DNA from: Alphaproteobacteria bacterium
GTDB taxonomy: Bacteria > Pseudomonadota > Alphaproteobacteria > UBA828
Direction: 5' to 3'
DNA length: 64,000 bases
Assembly: GCA_965221125.1 (NCBI GenBank)
Contig: CBDCRW010000007.1
Location: 288,001 to 352,000 of the forward strand
Shown here: in pieces, positions 47,991 to 58,231 of the stretch
How the letters are laid out: each line of letters opens with the position of its first letter
Numbering within the stretch: the first letter of the stretch is position 1
Position numbers and translations under genes: made by a program
Notes under the pieces: model-generated
What the model saw: the letters and a program-made list of their open reading frames with translations, nothing else
What the model was told of the DNA's origin: nothing
The model's database searches: none

Positions 47991-49131
47991 GGGCGAGGGG
48001 GCGGCGGACCAGGGCGCTGTCCTCCTCACGCCCGGCCCGCTCACCACCCGGCGCGAGACCCGCGCGGCGATGGACCGCGACTGGGGCTCGCGCGATCAGG
48101 CCTTCATCGAGTTGACCGCGCGCGTGCGCCGGCGCCTGCTCGCGCTCGCCAACGCTGGCGATGAGTTCACGTGCGTGCCGATGCAGGGGAGCGGCACCTT
48201 CGCGGTGGAAGCCCAGCTCGGCACGCTGGTTCCCCGCGACGGCCACCTGCTGATCCTGATCGGCGGCGCCTACGGCCGGCGCATGGCGGAGATCTGCCGC
48301 CGCGCGGGCCGCGCCCACAGCGTGCTGGAGACCGACGAGGCCGTGCCGCCGACGGCCGCGGCGGTGGCCGAGCGGCTCGCGGCGGAGCCCGCGATCACCG
48401 ATGTCGCGCTGGTTCACTGCGAGACCACGACCGGCATCCTCAACCCGCTGGCCGAGATCGCCGCCGCCGTGAGCCAAGCCGGCCGCCGCCTCCACGTGGA
48501 CGCCATGAGCTCCTTCGGCGGCATCCCCATCGACCTCGCGCGGCTGCCGCTCGCGAGCCTTGCCGCCTCCGCCAACAAGTGCCTCGAAGGCGCGCCCGGA
48601 GTGGGCTTCGTCATCGCGCGCACCGACCATCTCGCGGCCTGCGCCGACAACGCCCACGCCGTGAGCCTCGACCTGCACGCGCAGTGGGCGGGGCTGGAGG
48701 CCAACGGCCAGTGGCGCTTCACGCCGCCCACCCACATCCTCGCCGCGCTCGACCGCGCGCTGGATGCGCTCGACGCGGAAGGCGGCGTCGCCGGCCGCTT
48801 CGCCCGCTACTGGGAGACCTGCCGCACCCTGGTGGACGGCCTGCGCGCCCTCGGCTTCGAGACGCTGCTGGAGGACGCCGTGCAGGCGCCGATCATCGTG
48901 ACCTTCCGCGCGCCGGCCGATGCGGCCTGGGACTTCCAGAGCTTCTACGACCGGCTCGCGACGCGGGGCTTCGTGATCTACCCCGGCAAGCTCGCACAGG
49001 TGGAGAGCTTCCGCGTGGGCTGCATCGGCGCCTTCCGCGCCGACGTCATGGCCCGCTTCGTCGACGCGGCGGATGCCGTGCTGCGGGAGATGGGGATGAG
49101 CAGCGGCGCAGCACCGTCTTCCAAGGCGTAG
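47962..49131 (+). CDS. phnW: 2-aminoethylphosphonate-pyruvate transaminase
   Basis: LLTPGPLTT, DWGSRD, QGSGTFAVEA, HCETTTG, DAMSSFG, SANKCLEG, QWRFTPPTH, IYPGK. Confidence 0.88.
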   Translation: MPSAPPPPAEGEGAADQGAVLLTPGPLTTRRETRAAMDRDWGSRDQAFIELTARVRRRLLALANAGDEFTCVPMQGSGTFAVEAQLGTLVPRDGHLLILIGGAYGRRMAEICRRAGRAHSVLETDEAVPPTAAAVAERLAAEPAITDVALVHCETTTGILNPLAEIAAAVSQAGRRLHVDAMSSFGGIPIDLARLPLASLAASANKCLEGAPGVGFVIARTDHLAACADNAHAVSLDLHAQWAGLEANGQWRFTPPTHILAALDRALDALDAEGGVAGRFARYWETCRTLVDGLRALGFETLLEDAVQAPIIVTFRAPADAAWDFQSFYDRLATRGFVIYPGKLAQVESFRVGCIGAFRADVMARFVDAADAVLREMGMSSGAAPSSKA

Positions 49132-49174
49132 GACATCCGTGTAGAACGCCCGCACCCGGCGTAAGGGCGGACCG

Positions 49175-52100
49175 ATGAGCGGCTTCGAGCGAATACTGGT
49201 GGCGAACCGGGGCGAGATCGCCATCCGGGTGCTGCGCGCGGCCTACGAGATGGGCAAGGCCACGGTCGCGGTCTACGCGGAGGAAGATCACCTCTCGCTG
49301 CATCGCTTCAAGGCCGACGAGTCCTACCGCATCGGCGAGGGGCGGGGCCCCGTCACCGCCTACCTCGCCGTGGACGACATCATCCGCGTCGCCAAGGACA
49401 CCGGGAGCGACGCCATCCATCCGGGCTACGGCTTCCTCTCCGAATCGCCCGAGTTCGCCGAGGCCTGCGCCGCCGCCGGCATCGCCTTCATCGGGCCGAG
49501 GCCGGAGACGCTGCGCAAGCTCGGCGACAAGGTCTCTGCGCGCGCCATCGCGGGCCGCGCCGGCGTGCCTATGGTGCCAGCGACGGAGGCTCTGCCGGCC
49601 GACCCGGCCGACGCGCTCGCCCTCGCCCGTGACGTGGGCTTCCCCGGCATGCTCAAGGCGAGCTGGGGCGGCGGCGGGCGCGGCATGCGCATGGTCGAGG
49701 GCGAGGACGCGTTCGAGGCGGCGCTGCTGGCGGCGCGGCGCGAGGCAGACGCCGCCTTCGGCAAGGACGACATCTACTTCGAGCGCTTCATCCGGCGCGC
49801 CCGCCACCTCGAGGTCCAGGTGCTGGCGGATTCTCAAGGGCGGATCGTCCACCTCTTCGAGCGCGACTGCTCGGTGCAGCGGCGCAACCAGAAGATCGTG
49901 GAGTGCGCGCCGGCCCCCGGCATCGGCCGGGAGGAACGCGACGCGCTCACCGGCTACGCGCTCGCCATCGCGCAGGCGGCCGACTATCTGAACGCGGGCA
50001 CGGTGGAGTTCCTGCACGACCTCGACACCGGCCGGTTTCACTTCATCGAGGTCAACCCGCGCATCCAGGTGGAGCACACGGTCACCGAGCAGGTCACCGG
50101 CGTCGACCTGGTGCGGGCGCAGATCCGCGTGGCCGAGGGCGGCGCCATCGGCGAGGGGCCGGACGACGCCTGCCCGCCGCAGGACGAGATATCGCTGCGG
50201 GGCCACGCCGTGCAGTGCCGCATCACGACCGAGGACCCGCTCGACCGCTTCATCCCGGACTACGGCCGCATCACCGCCTACCGCGCCGCCACCGGCTTCG
50301 GCATCCGCCTCGACGGCGGCACGGCGTACACCGGCGCGGTCATCACCCGGCACTACGATTCGCTGCTGGAGAAGGTGACCGCCTGGGCGTCCTCGCGCGA
50401 GGGCGCGATCGACCGCATGCGCCGCGCGCTGCAGGAGTTCCGCATTCGCGGCGTCGCCACCAACATCGACTTTCTCGAACGCCTCGTGGGCGACGAGGCG
50501 TTCCGCCAGGGCCAGGTGACGACCCGCTTCATCGACGACAACCCGGAGCTGCTGGCCTTCGCCCGCCCGCGCGATCGCGCGAGCCGGCTGCTGCGCTACA
50601 TCGCTGAGACGACCGTCAACGGGCACCCGGAGGTGAAGGGCCGGCCCAAGCCGCCGGCCTACGCCCGCAACCCCGCCCCGCCGCCGCTCCACGCGGACGA
50701 GCCTGCGCCGGGCGCGAAGGCGCTGCTCGACGCGCAAGGGCCGGAGGCGGTCGCCGCCTGGATGCTGGGGCGCACGCCCGTGCTCGTCACCGACACCACC
50801 ATGCGGGATGCGCACCAGTCGCTGCTCGCGACGCGGATGCGCACGCACGACCTCTGCCAGGTGGCGGACGCCTACGCCCACAACCTGCCGCAGCTCTTCT
50901 CGCTGGAATGCTGGGGCGGCGCCACCTTCGACGTGGCGCTGCGTTTCCTGGGCGAATGCCCGTGGGAACGTCTCCAGCGCTTGCGCACGCAGGTGCCCAA
51001 CATCCTGCTGCAGATGCTGCTCCGGGCCTCCAACGGGGTTGGCTACACCAACTACCCGGACAACGTGGTGCAGGGCTTCGTCGCCCAGGCCGCGGACTCA
51101 GGCGTCGACGTCTTCCGCATCTTCGATCCGCTCAACTCGGTGGAGAACATGCGCGTGGCGGTCGATGCCGTGCTGGAGACCGGGCGGCTCTGCGAGGCCG
51201 CCATCTGCTACACCGGCGACCTGCACGATGCGCGCCGCAGCCGCTACGACCTCGACTACTACGTGCGGATGGCGCGCGAACTGCGCGACGCGGGCACCCA
51301 CATCCTCGGCATCAAGGACATGGCCGGGCTGGTGAAGCCTGCCGCCGCCCGCGAGCTGGTCCGCGCGCTGAAGGCGGAGACCGGGCTCCCCGTCCACTTC
51401 CACACCCACGACACGTCGGGGATCGCGGCGGCCAGCGTGCTGGCGGCGGTGGATGCGGGCGTGGATGCGGTGGACCTCGCGATGGACAGCCTCTCGGGCT
51501 TCACCTCCCAGCCCTGCCTCGGCTCGGTGGTGGAGGCGCTGCGCGGCCAGCCCCGCGACACCGGGCTCGACCCGGCCCACGTGCGCGAGATCTCCGACTA
51601 CTGGGAGGTGGTGCGCGCGGCGTATGCGGCGTTCGAGACCGACATGCGGGCGCCGGCCTCGGAGGTCTACCTGCACGAGATGCCGGGCGGGCAGTTCACC
51701 AACCTGCGCGAGCAGGCGCGCGCGCTCGGCCTTGCGGAGCGCTGGCACGAGGTGGCGCAGGCCTATGCCGACGTCAACCGGATGTTCGGCGACATCGTGA
51801 AGGTGACGCCCACCTCCAAGGTGGTGGGCGACATGGCGCTGGTGATGGTCTCGGGCGGGCTCACGCGCGCCGATGTCGAGGACCTGGACCGCGAGATCGC
51901 TTTCCCGGAATCGGTGGTCGGCCTCTTTCGCGGCGAGCTCGGCCGGATGCCCGGCGGCTTCCCCGAGCCGCTCGCGAGCAAGATCCTGAAGGGCGAGCCG
52001 GCCATCGAAGGGCGGCCCGGCGCGGTGCTGCCTCCCGCCGACTTCGAGGCCGCGCGTGAACAGGCCGAGGCGGAGACCGGCTGGACGCTCTCGCCAGGCG

Positions 52101-52627
52101 ACGTCTATTCCTGGCTCTTCTATCCCAAGGTGTTCGCGGACTACGCGGCGCGGCACGACCTCTACGGCCCGGTCTCCGCGCTGCCCACCGACGTGTTCTT
52201 CTACGGCTTGGCCCCCAGGCGTGACATCTCGGTCGAGATCGAGCGCGGCCACACGCTGGTCATTCGCTGCCTCGCCGTGGGCGAGACCGACGAGGAGGGC
52301 GCGGTGCGCGTCTTCTTCGAGCTGAACGGCCAGCCCCGCACGGTCAAGGTCGAGAACCGCGAAGCGGCGGCGACGGTGGTGCGCCGGCCCAAGGCGGATG
52401 CTGCGAACCCCTGCCATGTCTCGGCCCCGATGCCGGGCGTCGTCGCCTCCATCGCGGTGGCCAGCGGGCGCGCGGTGGTCGCCGGCGATCTGCTGATGAC
52501 AATCGAGGCGATGAAGATGGAGACCGCGCTGCACGCCGAGCGCGACGGCACGGTCGCGGCGCTGCACGTGGCGGCCGGGCAGTCCGTCGAGGCCAAGGAC
52601 CTGCTGCTTGAATACGCCGGGGCTTGA
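49175..52627 (+). CDS. pyc: Pyruvate carboxylase
   Basis: ANRGEIAIR, RDCSVQRRNQK, RDAHQSLLATR, HEMPGGQ, biotinylation motif EAMKME. Confidence 0.96.
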   Translation: MSGFERILVANRGEIAIRVLRAAYEMGKATVAVYAEEDHLSLHRFKADESYRIGEGRGPVTAYLAVDDIIRVAKDTGSDAIHPGYGFLSESPEFAEACAAAGIAFIGPRPETLRKLGDKVSARAIAGRAGVPMVPATEALPADPADALALARDVGFPGMLKASWGGGGRGMRMVEGEDAFEAALLAARREADAAFGKDDIYFERFIRRARHLEVQVLADSQGRIVHLFERDCSVQRRNQKIVECAPAPGIGREERDALTGYALAIAQAADYLNAGTVEFLHDLDTGRFHFIEVNPRIQVEHTVTEQVTGVDLVRAQIRVAEGGAIGEGPDDACPPQDEISLRGHAVQCRITTEDPLDRFIPDYGRITAYRAATGFGIRLDGGTAYTGAVITRHYDSLLEKVTAWASSREGAIDRMRRALQEFRIRGVATNIDFLERLVGDEAFRQGQVTTRFIDDNPELLAFARPRDRASRLLRYIAETTVNGHPEVKGRPKPPAYARNPAPPPLHADEPAPGAKALLDAQGPEAVAAWMLGRTPVLVTDTTMRDAHQSLLATRMRTHDLCQVADAYAHNLPQLFSLECWGGATFDVALRFLGECPWERLQRLRTQVPNILLQMLLRASNGVGYTNYPDNVVQGFVAQAADSGVDVFRIFDPLNSVENMRVAVDAVLETGRLCEAAICYTGDLHDARRSRYDLDYYVRMARELRDAGTHILGIKDMAGLVKPAAARELVRALKAETGLPVHFHTHDTSGIAAASVLAAVDAGVDAVDLAMDSLSGFTSQPCLGSVVEALRGQPRDTGLDPAHVREISDYWEVVRAAYAAFETDMRAPASEVYLHEMPGGQFTNLREQARALGLAERWHEVAQAYADVNRMFGDIVKVTPTSKVVGDMALVMVSGGLTRADVEDLDREIAFPESVVGLFRGELGRMPGGFPEPLASKILKGEPAIEGRPGAVLPPADFEAAREQAEAETGWTLSPGDVYSWLFYPKVFADYAARHDLYGPVSALPTDVFFYGLAPRRDISVEIERGHTLVIRCLAVGETDEEGAVRVFFELNGQPRTVKVENREAAATVVRRPKADAANPCHVSAPMPGVVASIAVASGRAVVAGDLLMTIEAMKMETALHAERDGTVAALHVAAGQSVEAKDLLLEYAGA

Positions 52628-52727
52628 GCCTTGCCCGGCGCCGGAGTGGCGTAGACGGGCCGGCAACGCCGGGCGCTATTCTCTCCCTGGCGCTCATGAT
52701 AGCGTGATTGCGTGTTGGGCTTGAGCC

Positions 52728-54137
52728 ATGAGCGACCCTGAACTCTCCTACCTCTCGGCGACGGAGGCGGCCGCTCTCGTCCGAGACGGCTCGCTCTCGC
52801 CCGTGACGCTGGTGACGAACGCGCTGGAGCGCGTCGAAGAGGTCAACCCCACGCTCAACTGCTTCTGCTTCACGTACCCGGACGAGGCCATCGAGCAGGC
52901 GCGCGAGGCGGAGCGCGCGATCGCCGCAGGCGACGAGGTGGGCCCGCTGCACGGCGTGCCCATCGCCATCAAGGACCTCACGCCCACCGAGGGCAAGACG
53001 ACGACCTTCGGCTCCTACGCCTACAAGGACTGGGTGCCGGACTATGACGCGCTGGTGGTGCAGCGCCTGTGCGGCGCGGGCGGCATCATGGTGGGCAAGA
53101 CGACCACGCCGGAGTTCGCCTTCTCCAGCCTCACGGACAGCCCGCTTTGGGGCATTACCCGCAATCCGTGGAACCCGGAGCACACGCCGGGCGGATCGTC
53201 GGGCGGCTCCGCCGCCGCCGTGGTCGCCGGATGCGTGCCGCTCGCGGAAGGCTCGGACGCCGGCGGCTCGGTGCGCATTCCCGCCTCCCACAGCGGCTGC
53301 GTGGGGCTGAAGCCGAGCTCGGGCCGGATCCCCTTCGAGTTCCTGCCGACGCAGTACGACTACATGTGCTGCCACGGCCCCCTCGCGCGGACCGTGGCGG
53401 ATGCCGCGCTGTTCCTGGATATCTGCCAGGGGCCGGACGAGCGCGACCTGAACTCGCTCGCGCCGGCTCTCTCGGTCGACGTGCCCCCGCCGGCAGACGT
53501 TCGCGGCATGCGGCTCGCGCTCTCCATCGACCTTGGCTACTACAGGGTCGACGCGGATGTGGAGGCGAACACGCGCAATGCGGCCGAAGCCCTGGCGCAG
53601 GCCGGCGCGGAGATCGAGCATGTGGACGTGGGCTGGAGCAGAGAATTCAACGACGCGTGGTGGGCCTACTGGGGCGTGTTCGGCGCTGCGCACTTCGGCC
53701 AGCATCTGGAGCGCTGGCGGGACAAGATGCACCCCTCCGTCGTCGCGTCGATCGAGGAAGCGCAGGAGATGAGCGCGGTGGACCTCATGAAGACGGAGAC
53801 GATCTACACCGAGGCGTGGAACAGGCTGCGCCCCATCCTCGAGCGCTGCGACGCGCTGCTCTGCCCGACCGAAGCGATCCCGGCGCCGACGGTCGACTTC
53901 GACGAGCTCGGCTCGATGACCGACGACGCCGACGGCCGGCACCTCGGCATGGACATGACCATGCAGTTCAACGCGCTGAAGCTGCCGGCGCTTTCGATCC
54001 CCTCGGGCTTCTCCGCTGCGGGTCTGCCCACGGGCCTGCAGATCGTCGGCCGCCGCTTCGACGACCTGACCGTGCTCCGCATCGGCGCCGCGCTGGAAGC
54101 CGTGCGCCCCTGGCGCGGGCACCGGCCGCCGCTCTGA
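52728..54137 (+). CDS. Amidase signature family enzyme
   Basis: GVPIAIKD, GGSSGGSAAA, GSDAGGSVRIPA. Confidence 0.93.
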   Translation: MSDPELSYLSATEAAALVRDGSLSPVTLVTNALERVEEVNPTLNCFCFTYPDEAIEQAREAERAIAAGDEVGPLHGVPIAIKDLTPTEGKTTTFGSYAYKDWVPDYDALVVQRLCGAGGIMVGKTTTPEFAFSSLTDSPLWGITRNPWNPEHTPGGSSGGSAAAVVAGCVPLAEGSDAGGSVRIPASHSGCVGLKPSSGRIPFEFLPTQYDYMCCHGPLARTVADAALFLDICQGPDERDLNSLAPALSVDVPPPADVRGMRLALSIDLGYYRVDADVEANTRNAAEALAQAGAEIEHVDVGWSREFNDAWWAYWGVFGAAHFGQHLERWRDKMHPSVVASIEEAQEMSAVDLMKTETIYTEAWNRLRPILERCDALLCPTEAIPAPTVDFDELGSMTDDADGRHLGMDMTMQFNALKLPALSIPSGFSAAGLPTGLQIVGRRFDDLTVLRIGAALEAVRPWRGHRPPL

Positions 54138-54182
54138 ACGGCGCGGGGCGTTCACGCCGGCTCCTGAGATCGTAACACCCTC

Positions 54183-54824
54183 TTAGCGTCGGGCGCGGGC
54201 GTCGAGGTCCTTAGGCGGCGACGAGTCGCGGCGGATGCGGGGCGTCGCCGCGCCCGGAAAATTCCACAGGGTGAGCCAGCGGGCGACGGTGGCGTTCAGC
54301 GCGTCGTCGAGCAGGCGGCAGTCGGCGGCGACGGTCTCGTCGCGCACGTCGCGCTGCACCTCGGCGGTGCCGCGCCAGGGCCCCATGTCGGTGGTGGCGG
54401 ACTGGCCCAGGATCGTGGTGGCGATGGCGCGGTCGAGGTAGGCGACGAAGGCCTGGAAGTCGCCGCCGGCGCGGCGCGCGCTCTCGACGATCTCGATCTC
54501 CTGCCCCTCGGGCAGGATGACGCCGAGGCTGGTGGCGAAGGACTGTACGAGGTCGAGCAGGTCGGCCTTCTGCTCGGCGCTGGCGTTGCGCGGATAGGTG
54601 CCCTTGACGCCGGGCGCGCCGAATTTTTCGAGCGCGACGGACCAGAACTTGAGCCCGTGGCGCTTGAGCCAGACCGGCCAGAAGCACCAGCGCGCGAGCC
54701 CCGGCCCGTGCGGCAGGTCGCCGTGCTCGCCGGGGCGGCGGAGGATCACGAACTTGCCCGCCGGCACGCGCGCGCGGGAGGGAGGCAGCAGCCGGCGGAG
54801 CCGCCCGGCGAGACCGGGCGCCAT
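54183..54824 (-). pseudogene. Mu-like portal protein (DUF935/gp29 family), internal fragment
   Basis: P.G.GLAR.CFWPVWLKRHGLKFW...LEKFGAP, LPEG..IE..E, ILGQ..T, AEV...VRDE. Much shorter than a full portal, with both ends apparently missing. Confidence 0.75.
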
Positions 54825-54954
54825 CAGGCGGGGCCTCGGGTCGAGGGCAGGGAAGCGGAGGATCGGGCGTTCATCATGGCCCGATCATCGCGGCCCTCGC
54901 GCGCCCTGTGCACCGCACCATGGTGCGGGGCGAGGGCGGCGCTGGGCGTAAGGG

Positions 54955-56295
54955 CTACATGCCGTCCGCCGCGGGTTCCGGCGGCTGGTAGAAGATGAAG
55001 TCCGTCTCGTCCAGGTCTTCGATATCGAAGTTCTCCAGCGCGATGGTCCTGCCGCCGTGCTCGTGCAGGTCGATGGTGACGAACGAGCCAAGCTGGACCA
55101 TGGTCAGGTCTGCAAAGCCCGAGATGGATTCGAGCGCGCTGAGGTCGATCTTGTCCTCGCCATCGGTGAAGTCGGTGATCGTGTCGCTGCCGTGGCCGGT
55201 GAAGTAGGCGAAGGTGTCGGCGCCGGACCCGCCCGTCAGCGTGTCCGTGCCGGTGCCGCCGCTGAGCCAGTCGTCGCCTTCGCCGCCATTGAGCGTGTCG
55301 CGCCCCTCGCCGCCCATCAGACGGTCGGCGCTGGCACCGCCCGCGAGCGTGTCGTTGCCTTCGCCGCCCAGGATCCAGTCTTCGCCGCCGCCCCCGTCGA
55401 GCGTGTCGTCGCCCTCACCGCCGAAGATGAAGTCGGCGCGTCCGTCTGCGACCAGGGTGTCGTCGCCAGGGCTGCCGACATAAGTGGCGGTGCCGGGAAC
55501 GTAGAAACCCACTTCTTCGAACTGTTCTCCCGCGGGGAATTCGGGGTACGGCAGCCAGAACATGTCTTCGCTGAGGTATGCCGCCTTGACGTTGCGAAGC
55601 GTGATCGTTCCGCCGCCCCAGGGGCTCAGGTCGATCACCGCATCCCGGCCGTTGTCAGCCGCGTCGATACGCGCGCTCAACTCCGCCCAGGTGATCGGTG
55701 TGCCCAATGCCCGGAGGTCCAGTATGTCCTCGTAGCCGCGAAAATCGAAGATCGTGTCGTTTCCGTTGAGGGCGTGGAAATGGAAGACGTCGCTGCCGTC
55801 GCCGCCCGACATGCGATCGTCGCCCGCTCCGCCGATGATCCAGTCGTTACCAGCGCCGCCGTACAGTCGGTCCTCGCCGTCGCCGCCGGCGACGAAATCG
55901 TTCCCGCCGGAGGCGTCGATGAAGTCGTTGCCGGCGTCGCCGGTCAGCCAGTCGTCCCCGACAGTGCCCAGGATGTCGTCGTTGCCGGTGCCGCCGCGGG
56001 CGACGGCCTGACGACCCGTGGCGTAGATCATGTCGTCGCCGCTGCCACCCATGAAGAAATCGTCGCCGTTCCCCGTCAGGTAGTCGTCGCCGCTTCCGCC
56101 GAGGAGGAAGGCGTTGTCGCCGCCTCGATAGGTCGCCCTGTCGTCTCCCCCGGCGAGGTCGAACACGGCGAAGACCTCGCTGCCGTCAAACGTCTCGCCG
56201 GTCTGGGCGCCGACGTAGAGCCCGAGCGGGTCGCCCCCTTGCGCTCTGCTGTCGTGCTGGCCAGTGCTTGCGTCGGCTTCGCTCTCGTCCGTCAT
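54955..56295 (-). CDS. RTX/hemolysin-type calcium-binding repeat protein
   Basis: Many GGxGxDxL nonapeptides in two modules, each ending G.DTI.DF...ED.(I/L)DL...IDL...GG.TI.L.N. RBS GAGGA. Confidence 0.9.
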   Translation of the reverse strand: MTDESEADASTGQHDSRAQGGDPLGLYVGAQTGETFDGSEVFAVFDLAGGDDRATYRGGDNAFLLGGSGDDYLTGNGDDFFMGGSGDDMIYATGRQAVARGGTGNDDILGTVGDDWLTGDAGNDFIDASGGNDFVAGGDGEDRLYGGAGNDWIIGGAGDDRMSGGDGSDVFHFHALNGNDTIFDFRGYEDILDLRALGTPITWAELSARIDAADNGRDAVIDLSPWGGGTITLRNVKAAYLSEDMFWLPYPEFPAGEQFEEVGFYVPGTATYVGSPGDDTLVADGRADFIFGGEGDDTLDGGGGEDWILGGEGNDTLAGGASADRLMGGEGRDTLNGGEGDDWLSGGTGTDTLTGGSGADTFAYFTGHGSDTITDFTDGEDKIDLSALESISGFADLTMVQLGSFVTIDLHEHGGRTIALENFDIEDLDETDFIFYQPPEPAADGM

Positions 56296-56503
56296 GGCTC
56301 GCATCCTCTTCGCGTCGCGATCCTCGCTTTCGGGCTCTGCCGCGCGGCGCGTGGGGCGGATCGGTCAGAGCCGGCACCGCGCCGGGCGGGGCCTCATGAA
56401 AAGGATGTGTGAACGCCAAAATATTGGGTCAAATGACATTTTATGCAGTGATCTATTGGAATTTCTGATGTGCCGGCGCTCCTTCCGTGGGGATGGCCGG
56501 CGC

Positions 56504-57868
56504 TCAATAGAAGCCGGCGAGGGTGGCGGCGCGCGGGCCGGCGCTGGCGCCGCCCACGGCCGGGGCGCTCTCGCGGGCGGCTGTGCAGGCCAAGGCAATC
56601 GCCCAGAAGCGGTCGGCGTGGCCGTCCGTGCCCGAGCGCTCCGCCATGAGGCGCGGCGCTCCCGTCGGTCCCGCCTCGGCGCGGACGGAATGGAGGTCGC
56701 GGCGGAGCTCGGCATCGGGCGGCAGGCGTAGGCGCCGGTCCTCCACCGCTTCCCGCAGCGCCGTGGCGACGTCGAGCCGGCGCGGCCCGGTCATGAGCAC
56801 GCCGTCGACGACGGTGCGCCCGAGATCCTCCTGCAGCTGCTCCACCACGGCCTCGCCCATGCCGGTCTGGTCCACGGCGATGCGGGCGGGCCCGTAGTGC
56901 GCCGCGAGCGCGCCCACGATCGCCCGCTGCTGGCTGAACGGGATGCCGTGGCGCACCACCAGCTCGCGCAGCCAGAGCACGTCGCCCACGCGCTCCAGCA
57001 CCGCGGCGACCCAGAGATCGCGGCGCCGCGCCACGTCCACCCCGATCGCGGCAGCTCCGCCCGCGAAGGCGGCCGGGTCGCCTGCCCCGGACTCCTCGCA
57101 GGCGCGGATCGCCTCCCAGCCGAGCCAAGCGCCCGCGCCGGCGGCGGGGATGCAGTCCAGCTCCTCGCCTGCGTGCGTGCCGTATTCCGCCCGGAGCGCC
57201 GCCTCCCACGCTGCCTCGGCCTCGGCCGTGGGCGGCTGGCCCTGGGCCGCGGCGATAGGGCTGAAGAGGCCCTGCTCCAGCGCCTGCTTGAGCGTGATGC
57301 GATGCAGCGAGCCGGGCCTGGCGCCGTCGCGCAGATCGCGGCAGAGGGTGGCGAAGGGATTGGCCTCGCCGTTGTGGCTGCTGATCACGTGCGCGCGCCC
57401 GCCCCAGACGCGGAAGGCCATCGCCGCCTTCAGCACCTGGCCGAGATCGTCGACGAAGGCGGCCTCGTCGATGATGGCGAGGTCGCCGGGCCGGCCCCTT
57501 GAGCGGAAGGCGCGGGGCGCCGAGGTCATGGCGAGGATCTCGTGGCCCGAGGCGAAGGCGATGCGGAAGACGTAGACGCCCCGCCCGCCGTCGTCGATCA
57601 GGGTCTCGCCCAAGGTGTCCGCGCCCATCTGCAGCGCGTGCGCCCAGCCGGCGCAGTCCTCGATGAAGCCGCGCGTCATCTCCCGGTTGTAGGCCTGGTA
57701 GTAGACGTTGCCGCCGGCCGGCGCGCCCGCGTGCATCACCGCGTCGTAGGCTTCCGCCCAGGAGATGCCGACGCGCCTGGCCTTCTCGATCACCTTGAAG
57801 CCGGCGGCGTCCGCCACCCAGCGGGCCTGATAGGGGAGGAGGTTGGGGAGCGGACGCTTTCGATTCAC
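56504..57868 (-). CDS. Mu-like phage terminase large subunit
   Basis: LLPYQ..W, EKARRVGISW (Walker A), IIDEAAF (Walker B), ISSHNG, IGVDVARRRD, DQTGMG, HADRFWA. The GTG start overlaps the TGA of an upstream short ORF tail. Confidence 0.88.
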   Translation of the reverse strand: MNRKRPLPNLLPYQARWVADAAGFKVIEKARRVGISWAEAYDAVMHAGAPAGGNVYYQAYNREMTRGFIEDCAGWAHALQMGADTLGETLIDDGGRGVYVFRIAFASGHEILAMTSAPRAFRSRGRPGDLAIIDEAAFVDDLGQVLKAAMAFRVWGGRAHVISSHNGEANPFATLCRDLRDGARPGSLHRITLKQALEQGLFSPIAAAQGQPPTAEAEAAWEAALRAEYGTHAGEELDCIPAAGAGAWLGWEAIRACEESGAGDPAAFAGGAAAIGVDVARRRDLWVAAVLERVGDVLWLRELVVRHGIPFSQQRAIVGALAAHYGPARIAVDQTGMGEAVVEQLQEDLGRTVVDGVLMTGPRRLDVATALREAVEDRRLRLPPDAELRRDLHSVRAEAGPTGAPRLMAERSGTDGHADRFWAIALACTAARESAPAVGGASAGPRAATLAGFY

Positions 57869-57908
57869 GGTCTTTCGGTCGCCATGCGCTTGCCCCACTG
57901 CGATCGTT

Positions 57909-58025
57909 CCCCCCACCTCACCCCGGCCCTCTCCTCCCCGGCGGGGAGGAGAGGGAGAAAGGGCGGCGCCGACTTGCGTTCCCCCTCTGCCCCTTTGGGG
58001 CGGAGGGGGACAGGGGGAGGTGGGG
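57909..58025. repeat. Composite palindromic REP-like element, copy 1
   Basis: Terminal CCCCACCTC/GAGGTGGGG inverted repeat enclosing hairpins CCCTCTCCTCCCC..GGGGAGGAGAGGG and TCCCCCTCTGCCCC..GGGGCGGAGGGGGA. Confidence 0.85.
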
Positions 58026-58231
58026 TCGCGCAGGCACGAAGCGGCGTGCGCGCTGAGAAGAGCCTGTCATGCCCGCAAGATGACTGCGTCCGGCGCCGGC
58101 GGCCATCGCACCAAGGTGCGGGGCGCGCAGCGCTCGGCCGGTGGCCGAGGCGCACCGCATATGTGTTGAACCCCTCACCGCTGATATGGAACACTGTCCG
58201 AATACACCGAAAAAAATTATGGAGACGACCG

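Noticed and set aside
57542-58231. N-terminal extension of the MetE-like ORF and GTG 57916 start for terL
   Set aside because: Both run through the REP-like element or antisense terL; better starts are ATG 58232 (with GGAG RBS) and GTG 57868.
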